Source: a virus
Virus genome (UHGV): UHGV-0382128
DNA: 64,000 bases
Direction: 5' to 3' (one strand)
The translations under genes and the position numbers were made by a program. Under the pieces are notes generated by a model. That model saw only the letters and a program-made list of their open reading frames with translations. It did not search any database and was not told the origin of the DNA. The first letter of the stretch is position 1, and each line of letters starts with the position of its first letter. Positions 38,047 to 46,700 of this stretch are shown here, in pieces.

Positions 38047-39198
38047 TTAGAGGTCAGCAACAAACAACAGCTGGCAGCCGTACTTTTGTACGTCCGCCCA
38101 ACCGTAGTCTTTTCCGATTATAGGTAGATGTAAAAAATCCAGCTTCTCGTCTTTCGCTTTTAGTTTCGCCATTAACGTATTGGACTCCTCAGCACTGAGC
38201 AGTAATGCGGGCTCTTTTTCAGTACGTCCTTCTGCGGTTGGGAAGAAATTGTAATAGCTGCGAGTAGGTAAATCGACAGAAAAACTACGATTGCCTATTC
38301 TGGCGATGAACGCAACTCCTTCACAGTTAGCATCTACACTACACGACCATCCCGCCTCCGTTAAAAGGTCTTTTAACAGACACCACACTTTAAGTTGGTT
38401 CTTAGAAACTGTACGGTAAATAGCAAGATGTTCAGGAAGTAAATGTACGCCCATAACCACGTTTTCAGATTTCTCGTCAAGCAACTCTGGATGCTGTATC
38501 GGGAACAATAATTCAGTGATACCCACGTTATCAATTTTGTTAACAAAATCAGTTAATTCATCTTTTAAGGTACACACGGATTTTTCTCCTTTGTCTTCAA
38601 TAATCAGGTGGGGTTCGCCGCTAATTAAAATGTGGTAAACGAGATCGTCAGTAGAACGGTAAGTGAGCTTGATTGCTTTATCACTTAATATTTCGTAGCG
38701 GAAGAAACTTTCGTACCAACTTGAGCCGAAATCGTTTTGTGTGAGTTCCTGCTCAACTTTGATGGTTTTTGCTTCAAAGCCGATTAACTCGCTTAATAAC
38801 GCGAGTTCTTGTTTAGTTAAAATAGCTACACCGTGAAAGGGCACTTGTTCAAGCTGAAAACATAACTTAGTGACTTCACCATTTGGGAAGACCTTAAACA
38901 TAATCTTCCGGTTGCTACTCTTTTCCCTAACAACGAGTTTACGGTAATTTAGTCCACAATTTGTGTAAGCCGCGAACTGGTAACCTTCAATTTCTTCATC
39001 GGAAGTACAGACATCGACAGGCGCGATAATCTCATCGTATTCACTAAGTACACAGCAGCCCAATTTATAACCAAACAACGTATGTTGTAAAAAATAGTCG
39101 AGGGTTAAGCTTGGTAGTGGCCAAGCCCGATTATAGCATCTGTCCATCAGTTCTTTTAGGTACTTGGCATGTCTTGGTTTAGAAATAATATTTCGCAT
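38047..39198 (-). CDS. hypothetical protein, paralogue family member (383 aa)
   Basis: C-terminus DYGWADVQKYGCQLLFVADL. Confidence 0.55.
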   Translation of the reverse strand: MRNIISKPRHAKYLKELMDRCYNRAWPLPSLTLDYFLQHTLFGYKLGCCVLSEYDEIIAPVDVCTSDEEIEGYQFAAYTNCGLNYRKLVVREKSSNRKIMFKVFPNGEVTKLCFQLEQVPFHGVAILTKQELALLSELIGFEAKTIKVEQELTQNDFGSSWYESFFRYEILSDKAIKLTYRSTDDLVYHILISGEPHLIIEDKGEKSVCTLKDELTDFVNKIDNVGITELLFPIQHPELLDEKSENVVMGVHLLPEHLAIYRTVSKNQLKVWCLLKDLLTEAGWSCSVDANCEGVAFIARIGNRSFSVDLPTRSYYNFFPTAEGRTEKEPALLLSAEESNTLMAKLKAKDEKLDFLHLPIIGKDYGWADVQKYGCQLLFVADL

Positions 39199-39229
39199 TT
39201 TTACTCTCCTTTAGGGGTTTTTTCGTTAC

Positions 39230-39784
39230 TTAAGCAGGGCAAGCTAAGAACAACAACTGCTGACCGATTTTACGTACGGTATACCAACCGTGGGCTTTAG
39301 CGACCGCGATCAACGTTTCCCAGTCATCAACATCACATTGCTCGTTCCGAAGTTTTGTAAAGAGTGCTTCGGCTTCGTCTTGGTTTAATAACTTACCTGG
39401 ATTATCAGGGGTGGTGCCAGAAGGGGTTGGAAAGAAATCGTATTGACGCGCTAAGAGAAAATCAACCAGATACTTGGTGTTCTCTTTATAAACCAGCGTG
39501 GAAGTCTTCCCTTCGTGGAAGAAGCTGCCTGTTTTCCAAACGCTATCTTTCAGTAAGCTCTGAAGGTAATCTGTAAAGCCCGTTCTAAATGGGATATGCG
39601 TTTTACGCGTGATGTTGCGACGCAGCGGGGTTTCCTCTACAGCTTGTACACTTACCCCTACTATCATCGCACCTGGCTGGATAATGGTATTGGTCAGTAC
39701 GGTATAAGGACGGACAAAGAAATGTTCGCCTACGCCTTTTTCAAGGGTTTGGATAATTTCATTTTTCAGTTCAGTTTGAAACAT
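39230..39784 (-). CDS. hypothetical protein, paralogue family member (184 aa)
   Basis: C-terminus AHGWYTVRKIGQQLLFLACPA. Confidence 0.55.
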   Translation of the reverse strand: MFQTELKNEIIQTLEKGVGEHFFVRPYTVLTNTIIQPGAMIVGVSVQAVEETPLRRNITRKTHIPFRTGFTDYLQSLLKDSVWKTGSFFHEGKTSTLVYKENTKYLVDFLLARQYDFFPTPSGTTPDNPGKLLNQDEAEALFTKLRNEQCDVDDWETLIAVAKAHGWYTVRKIGQQLLFLACPA

Positions 39785-39810
39785 GGTATATTCTCCTTTT
39801 AGGTTTTTAC

Positions 39811-40545
39811 TTACGCGGTTTTAATTAGCAGCAGATAGCCCTTCGTAATCTCAGCACAACTCCACCCTTTTACGGCAGCGACACCACGAAGGTAATTTTC
39901 TGTGTGATACTGTAAAAACGGATCGTCTGGATTAATCTCAACTAGGTGAGTGGCTTTAGAAATCGTTTCCGCCTCTGGGATTTGTTTTGTTAAGCCTGAT
40001 GCAATCAGTTCAATAACGCGGTATCCCTCTAACCAAGAAACATAGATACGTAAACCGTATAACTTACCGTTATCTTTTAAGGGATAAAGACTGATGTCCC
40101 GGCCGAGCAACGTTAATTCTACATCAGTGGGAAGGTTTTCTACATGCTTGATTAACCCTACCCCATGTCTAAACAGTGGGAAGTAAGAGTATAGCGTCAG
40201 CATACTGCTTCCTCCAATAAACGTAACATCGGAAACGGTAGGCGTGCTGGCAATGAGGCGAACATGTTCCGCTACGACTTCAAGTTCGGCGTCACTGATC
40301 AATTTATAGAATAAAATGACGCTGGTTTCGGTATTAAGAACAAAGAAGAACCGGTTGGCGTGACTGCTTATCGTGTATTCGTCAACCATGCTGTCGATAA
40401 CGTCACTGTCTGGATAATCTTCGGGTTTAATTGTTTCAGCAGAGACTAACTTAGCAGGTTGGGATTGCCCTATTAGTTCATTAACCACCGTAGAAGAAAG
40501 TTCTAAACTGGTGTTAGTAAAGATATCGTCTAATAATTCTCTCAT
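39811..40545 (-). CDS. hypothetical protein, divergent paralogue family member (244 aa)
   Basis: C-terminus AAVKGWSCAEITKGYLLLIKTA. Confidence 0.5.
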   Translation of the reverse strand: MRELLDDIFTNTSLELSSTVVNELIGQSQPAKLVSAETIKPEDYPDSDVIDSMVDEYTISSHANRFFFVLNTETSVILFYKLISDAELEVVAEHVRLIASTPTVSDVTFIGGSSMLTLYSYFPLFRHGVGLIKHVENLPTDVELTLLGRDISLYPLKDNGKLYGLRIYVSWLEGYRVIELIASGLTKQIPEAETISKATHLVEINPDDPFLQYHTENYLRGVAAVKGWSCAEITKGYLLLIKTA

Positions 40546-40752
40546 GATTTACTCGCTAATCTCAATAAAGGGGAGTCTATTATTATGGATTGTAAAAGAG
40601 GTATAAGGAAGTCACTACGTTCCTCTGGGAAGAGTATGTCGGTATACTACGTATACCTCCGCTATTTATATCCGTATACATAATGCCCCCTACCCCCTAC
40701 CGGTATCCCGAGTAGCAGAATAAAGGGGCAGACTGTAAAATTTTAGTACCTG

Positions 40753-40833
40753 TTATCGGAAGGTACTAAATGGAGTGTAGTCTTTAAGCCGTTTGAGCAG
40801 CTCATTGAGACTTTCTTTCTTTTTAGTAGACAT
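40753..40833 (-). CDS. possible small basic peptide (26 aa), not in ORF track
   Basis: MSTKKKESLNELLKRLKDYTPFSTFR with GGGGAGA SD 6 nt upstream; lies in the 420-nt strand-switch region. Confidence 0.2.
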   Translation of the reverse strand: MSTKKKESLNELLKRLKDYTPFSTFR

Positions 40834-40886
40834 GATCTGTCTCCCCAAATGGTTTAATCAATCCGTTTCGAATGAAACGTGTCCGT

Positions 40887-40911
40887 AGGGGCTGAACTGG
40901 CACTTCAGCCC
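40887..40911. other. hairpin immediately preceding 21-nt conserved element copy 2
   Basis: ggggctgaa-ctggcac-ttcagcccc (9-bp stem). Confidence 0.45.
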
Positions 40912-40920
40912 CTATTCACT

Positions 40921-40941
40921 TAAGTAATATATATCTGAAAT
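40921..40941 (+). promoter_or_regulatory. 21-nt AT-rich conserved element copy 2, candidate promoter or 5' UTR element for 40967..41932
   Basis: identical to 36539..36559; 25 nt upstream of the ATG of the first plus-strand gene after the long minus block. Confidence 0.4.
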
Positions 40942-40966
40942 CAATTCCGATCTAAGGAACGTCCCG

Positions 40967-41932
40967 ATGGAGAAATCCAGTGTTGATTTTTTCTCAATTG
41001 GTATCGTCGCGGAAGACAAACCCCGTGGTACAGATCGGGTAAAAGTGATACCAATTGAAACCAACTTTGCTAACCCTACCGTGGTGCAATCTGTTTCTTC
41101 AGCAACTGAAAAGACGCATGAAACATCTGGTGCAACAGATAACCTAACCATTAAGACGGGTAACACGATAACAGCAAAGTGGTGGAAGTTTAACTCCAAC
41201 CGAATTAATTCCCCTGACGTTAAACGAGAAGATTACGTTATCTTGTTACGTTTGGGGAAAACCGATATTTATTTTTGGATTGATCTGAACTTCGCTAACG
41301 TTAAGCGATTAGAGGATGCGGTTTACGCGTGGTCTGCTGACCCTGAAAACCAGATGGCGGATGACCTGTCCAATGCGTATGTGTTGAATATCTCGACGAT
41401 TGACAAACATATCACGCTAAGAACAAGTATGGTGAACGGTGAGAAAGCGGCGTGGTTGTTTCAGTTTGATAATGCAAACGGTACGTGGCAGTGTGTTGAC
41501 CATAAAGGAAACAAGTATTACATTAACTCGGTTGAAGATGATCTCGGGTTTGAGAATGCGATGCTTTCAAAAGTGAACATCAACAAAGAAGATGCGTTCA
41601 TTTATTCAAAGCGTTCTATTAACCTGGAAACGAAAACAATTAATGAAAAATGCGAAGTTCGCAATACGGAAGCAGCGAAATCCGTTACGTTTAAAACGCA
41701 AACCTGGTTAACGGAAGCAGGGAGTTCGACAACATTTAAAACGCCGAACTTTAAACAAGAAGGGAATGAAGCGATGTTCACCGGTAATCTGGAAATCGCT
41801 AAGAACTTCAAATACGGTGGTACGGGCAAAGGCGTCGGTGTCTTTACGGTTAAAGATGCCGTTATTTCTGGTATTACCTTTAGCGTTCACATTCACCAAG
41901 GTAAACATGGCCCGACATCACCTCCACAGTAA
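40967..41932 (+). CDS. hypothetical protein (321 aa), possibly structural
   Basis: ORF track; AAGGA SD; beta-rich Thr/Asn/Lys composition. Confidence 0.55.
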   Translation: MEKSSVDFFSIGIVAEDKPRGTDRVKVIPIETNFANPTVVQSVSSATEKTHETSGATDNLTIKTGNTITAKWWKFNSNRINSPDVKREDYVILLRLGKTDIYFWIDLNFANVKRLEDAVYAWSADPENQMADDLSNAYVLNISTIDKHITLRTSMVNGEKAAWLFQFDNANGTWQCVDHKGNKYYINSVEDDLGFENAMLSKVNINKEDAFIYSKRSINLETKTINEKCEVRNTEAAKSVTFKTQTWLTEAGSSTTFKTPNFKQEGNEAMFTGNLEIAKNFKYGGTGKGVGVFTVKDAVISGITFSVHIHQGKHGPTSPPQ

Positions 41933-42050
41933 TTCCCCTTTTTCTTACGTTGTTTTTATATATTGTGACCTGACGTTGGTAAAACTTTTTATCAACACTT
42001 TTCTTAAACCCATCGTTTAGTTAAGCAGGCCACTTTTTTCGCGCACTCTA

Positions 42051-42070
42051 CTCCTCCCTACGGGGAGGAG
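42051..42070 (+). terminator. hairpin, weak terminator or attenuator candidate
   Basis: ctcctccc-tacg-gggaggag followed by a weak U-stretch. Confidence 0.3.
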
Positions 42071-42138
42071 CTATCTTATGCTTCGGTTGTAACACACGTC
42101 GGTCTTAGACCACTAACCTTTTGAAATGGAGAGCTGTT

Positions 42139-42348
42139 ATGTCTATTAAAGAGTTCTCTTCTGCTGAGCATATTCCAGAAGAGTTTAAGAAAATCGGTAA
42201 CGTCAGCGCTTTCGGCGATACCGTTGATCATGTAACTGGTAAACTGGCTGCTGAAGCCGAAAAAATTGGTGGTGACGCATTCAAAGTTATCGGTATTTCC
42301 GGCAACAACAAACTGCACGGTAACGCGATTGTCTACAAAAAAGACTAA
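42139..42348 (+). CDS. DUF1471 (YhcN/BhsA/YdgH-like) domain protein without signal peptide (69 aa)
   Basis: GNVSAFGDTVDHVTGKLAAEAEKIGGDAFKVIGISGNNKLHGNAIVYKK matches the enterobacterial DUF1471 pattern; start at Met 7 of the ORF (GGAGAG SD). Confidence 0.55.
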   Translation: MSIKEFSSAEHIPEEFKKIGNVSAFGDTVDHVTGKLAAEAEKIGGDAFKVIGISGNNKLHGNAIVYKKD

Positions 42349-42367
42349 GCGAAAAAAAAACGTGCTA

Positions 42368-42392
42368 CTCCTACCCTCTAAGAGGGTAGGAG
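42368..42392. terminator. bidirectional rho-independent terminator
   Basis: hairpin ctcctaccctct-a-agagggtaggag with A9 run upstream and T7 run downstream, between convergent genes. Confidence 0.65.
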
Positions 42393-42398
42393 GTTACT

Positions 42399-43661
42399 TT
42401 ATTTTTTTCGTGCTCTAAAGCGATGCATTTCTAAATACACTTTTTCCCAGGGACCGAATGGACCAACGATTGCTTGAGCATCGTTAATCTTCTTCTGATT
42501 ATACCACCGGGCTTCACGAAAGACGTAGTTTTGACTGTCGAATTCGGTAGTGTTAAATACCCACTCACCTTCCTCCCACGTAGGCCAATAACCTACCGTC
42601 TTTCCAAATCGATTATTTAAGTACCCTAATGGTTTTTCAGAATCAGGATCGTTGGGGTCCTTGAGATAACAGCGTCCCCAAACGGCGTTATGCGAAACAC
42701 CCACAACTTCTTCTTCTAAATACGGATTATCTACCGTAAAGATAAAAGAGGATTCGTGGAGTAAAAGTGCTTTTAGTGTTTCAGGGTTACGAATACGTTG
42801 AACGTTGGTAGGCGATGATAAATCCCCTACACCGATGCTATCCCAGTCGTAATAACGGCGGGTTTCCAGAACGGTCCGTGCAAGATCAAAATTCGGTAAA
42901 GAAATCATGATCGCACGGTCAGAGAAATAACCGTCCGGTGGCAACCAACGTAGCAATCCGCCTATGACGAAACCCACGGTTTTTCCCGTAATAGACTCAG
43001 GCAGCGATATCATTAACGTGGAGTAATAGTCGCGCGTAGTGTCGAGCTTGTTTAGCGTAAGGTTGGCGATTGGGTAAGTTTTAACATTCCCTAGCTGACC
43101 AAAAACCATACAGCCAATATCTGGTGTACATGCTCTCCGTACGATTTTACCGGCCCCAGGCAATCGCACACCTACGGTATCCGTCTGGTGTGGTACCCAT
43201 TGGCCGTTAATGTTGTACAGTACACTATTACGGTATTTGTCTTTCCACTTGTCCTCACAAACGACGACAACGTCATCAGCATCGTCTAGGCTGAAATCTT
43301 GACTGTGGTGGTACCCTGGTGGACACAGATATGTTTCGACAGGTACATCGGCATTAATTGATTGGTAATGTGCCCAACTGAATTCCAGTTTCGGCAATCC
43401 AGCCTTTAGAGTGGGAATGACGTTTCCGGCCTTTTCGTTTAACCAATCTTGTAAAGTGTCTGTTCGGTTTTGTAGTTCGGCAAGATGGTATTGACTGACT
43501 AACGTATAGTCTTTACCAAGTGCACTTAAACCGATCTCAAAGGTGTGGTAGTCTGAACACAACGTAGTTAAAGGTTGCGTGACATCGATGGCTCCCCAGG
43601 TACGGGACTCTCGAGAGAAGCCAAAAGCGCTGTCGGGCCGCACTTGATAAGCAGTAGTCAC
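42399..43661 (-). CDS. hypothetical protein (420 aa), divergent from the tail-fibre operon
   Basis: ORF track; apparent GTG start. Confidence 0.55.
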   Translation of the reverse strand: MTTAYQVRPDSAFGFSRESRTWGAIDVTQPLTTLCSDYHTFEIGLSALGKDYTLVSQYHLAELQNRTDTLQDWLNEKAGNVIPTLKAGLPKLEFSWAHYQSINADVPVETYLCPPGYHHSQDFSLDDADDVVVVCEDKWKDKYRNSVLYNINGQWVPHQTDTVGVRLPGAGKIVRRACTPDIGCMVFGQLGNVKTYPIANLTLNKLDTTRDYYSTLMISLPESITGKTVGFVIGGLLRWLPPDGYFSDRAIMISLPNFDLARTVLETRRYYDWDSIGVGDLSSPTNVQRIRNPETLKALLLHESSFIFTVDNPYLEEEVVGVSHNAVWGRCYLKDPNDPDSEKPLGYLNNRFGKTVGYWPTWEEGEWVFNTTEFDSQNYVFREARWYNQKKINDAQAIVGPFGPWEKVYLEMHRFRARKK

Positions 43662-43730
43662 AGCTCTTTTTCCTCTATAGATTCAAGTCATAGTATGAAC
43701 TTCGACGCCCACGGACTATAGGAGTAGATA

Positions 43731-46700
43731 ATGGCTGTCGTCTTAGACCCACACTTCAAAAAACCGGGGAATAAAATAACCGGTGAAGCGGTCGCCGTCA
43801 TTGGTACGAAATACCGAATGTTGGTACCTGCCCACGCCCCTTTTTTCACCACATCCCTGGTGGTCAAGAGCGGCGGCAAAATACTGACCTTAGGCGACGA
43901 TTACGTTATTACACACTCGTACGAGACTGGTATGTTGCGCACAGCCTATCTCATTCACGGGATGATTTGGATTGTTAATGACAAATACAAATCGAACTTT
44001 ACTGTAGATTACCATGCTGTTGGTTGTGGTGAAGCAACCCAAGAGCAGATTACCGCAGAGCGCGAGCTTAATAAAGGTAAATACCCCTCCGCGTGTCAGT
44101 GGGACACCGTTATCGGAGACGTTTACTTTCCACCGGTCGATATCCAGTTCGATTGGGAGAATTGGAAAGGTGAACTGGAGCTAATGCAGGCCATTGCTGG
44201 GGTAGGCGATTCGTTAGGGGAAGTCGTGAGTCGTCTTAACCCAATCGCACGCAATACACTGGATTTGGAATATCGTGCTAATAGCAAGGTTATCACTTCC
44301 GAGCAGTATGCTGCGTACGATAATAAAGGCGGTTTCACCTACAACACAGCTCGCCACCGTTATAGCCTGAGTTATAAAGCGACAACCTTTAACAACTATT
44401 CCCTGTCGGTGAAACACAGAATTCCTGCTATTCTGCCAGACATGACAAAGTTGAATCCGAACGAACAGATCGATTGGATGCTCTGTTATGCCAACGGCGG
44501 TGCAAGTATTCTACGGTTACAGCTAAAACAGCGCAAAATCTCACTGGTCTTAACTGTCGCTATTGGCAGTGGTTCAACAAACTACGATTATACTTTAATC
44601 AACGGTTTAACTGACGATGAGTTAAAAAACGATATCGATTTTAGTGTAACCCGACAACCCGGAAACGGCGTTTACGTAATCGTAGTAAAAACAAATAAAC
44701 AGACCATGGATTATACGTTCAACGTAGATACGCCGCCTGATGAGTTCTCGGCAGGGTATTCGAAAACGGATGTAGCCAAATGGTTGAAGTCTAAAACGAA
44801 CATTAACCTGAACTGGTATGCGGCTGAAAACGATTATGTTCAAATTCGTTCTTTACCCGGCGCGCCGGAGCCTGACGTCGATAACGATGTTTACCAGTTA
44901 ATAGTTAAGTATCATCAGTTGGTTGAGCAGCTGTATCGTAATGCGCCTGCGCACGAACACATCACACGTAAGGACAACCCACACACAGATACGTGGGGTC
45001 CGATCCGTGCGTTAGAGTTGAACGGTATTGCGTCGGATGCAGCATTAGCTTACGGAAAAACGAAGCCGCAGTTAACGGATTATGTTAATGCTAAGTATCC
45101 AACACAAGCGACGCTGACAGCACAAAAGAAACTATTGCGCACGTCAGCTACGAAAACGGCTAACGGAACTATTGGAACGCTGCCCGGTTTTACTTCGTTC
45201 ACGACGGAAGTTGACCCGGTGTCAATGTCGAAATACGTGAGTCCTCGTTTTAGCGAAAGCTACGTTAGTAATGGTCACAGGTATCACGGTGCGCTTCGTT
45301 ACACAGGAACGAAGAGTGGATTCGCCACTTCTTTTAATGCGGTACCTGCTAACCTGCAAGATATTGACTTTATTGTTACCGGACGTAAAACAGCGTCTGG
45401 TAATGAAGCTGTCGGTACGGTTAGCCTACGTTTCTATCAGAAACCTGGTACTAACTCTGGAAAATTTATCCAGCTTACAGGTGAAATTTCTGCGGGTAAA
45501 GTCGGCGTTAAGTTGGAACTGAACGGTTTTTCGAATCCCACACCGGAAGTTCAGTATCTTTCCCAAGCTCCTAATCCAGCAATACCGGATGGGGATTTTA
45601 CGCTGCGTTTTCAACTGAAACGCACAGGGAACGTGTTTGATGTCGTTATTACCATAAACGGCAAGACATACAGTGCACGTGTTAACTTCACTAACATGGA
45701 CGCTGCACTAGAAGCATTGGAGAATAGCCACCACTTTAAATCATTGATCAGTAATGTTGCTGACAACGTCACTATTAGCTCGGGGAATAAAGGTAACACG
45801 GTTACCATTAAGAAAGCGCCCGACGTCGTTGACGGGACCCGTTTAGGTGCCCAGTTTGTCGTTGACCCGAAATCCATTAAGTTTATTGGACAAGGTTCAA
45901 CCGAGGTTAATGTGGGGAATAACCCGGTAACGTTTCAAGCAGGTATTAACCAGCTTATATTGTATCCTGATGATCGTGGATTACAGTGGCGTGGTAAGAA
46001 ACTCTTAGACCCCACTACCGTGGCTCCGTATCTGCCAGGCAATACCGCGGGCGGTACGGGATTATTCTACGGTACATCTACAACCACGGTAGAGCTTACC
46101 GGTAGCGGGATAAAAGCATCGCCGTTCGTAGCGACTTTTATTCTCCCTACCGCGACAGATACAACAGCCCTGGCAGCTTGGCAGTTGACTGATGAGTTTG
46201 GTACCGCTGAAAACCTTGCAGCAACGCCAGCACTGATTGAAAAACTCGATGCGGAGTTCACCGGTAAATTAGTTGCGGTTAAATCGTACATTAACGATAT
46301 GCAACTTACCAGCTCGGTCACTATCGACAAAATTACCTTTGGTTTAGGTAACGTTGCGAATACACCCGATGTCAATTTACCGATTTCTACAGCACAACGT
46401 GCGGAGTTAGATAAATACTCGCCTAAAGTTCACCAACACCCGTTTACCGCTTTTGGTACTGGGAACGCAACCACAGCGAAACGTGGTCTGATTAAATTTG
46501 GTCTGGATGTGGATGATGCGACTTTAGCACTCGATGGGAGTGTGGTAATGGCGCAGACCTCCCAGATTGAAAAATTGGAAAATGCTGTCGGTGGCGTTGA
46601 CTCGGGTGCTCGCGTTGACATTATTCGTTTCGGCAAGTCTGGTGACGACTTAATTAACGTTACGGTTAAAGACAAAATTCTGGCTATGCTCCCCGCTTCA

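Noticed and set aside
40861-40880. Possible tRNA T-arm-like hairpin (cgttt-cgaatga-aaacg) in the 420-nt intergenic region
   Set aside because: Loop does not match the canonical TTCRANY T-loop and no acceptor stem or anticodon arm could be built around it by eye; would need tRNAscan-SE.
40912-41199. 95-aa minus-strand ORF overlapping the start of 40967..41932
   Set aside because: Overlaps the conserved 21-nt element, hairpin and the 5' end of a well-supported plus-strand gene; no RBS.
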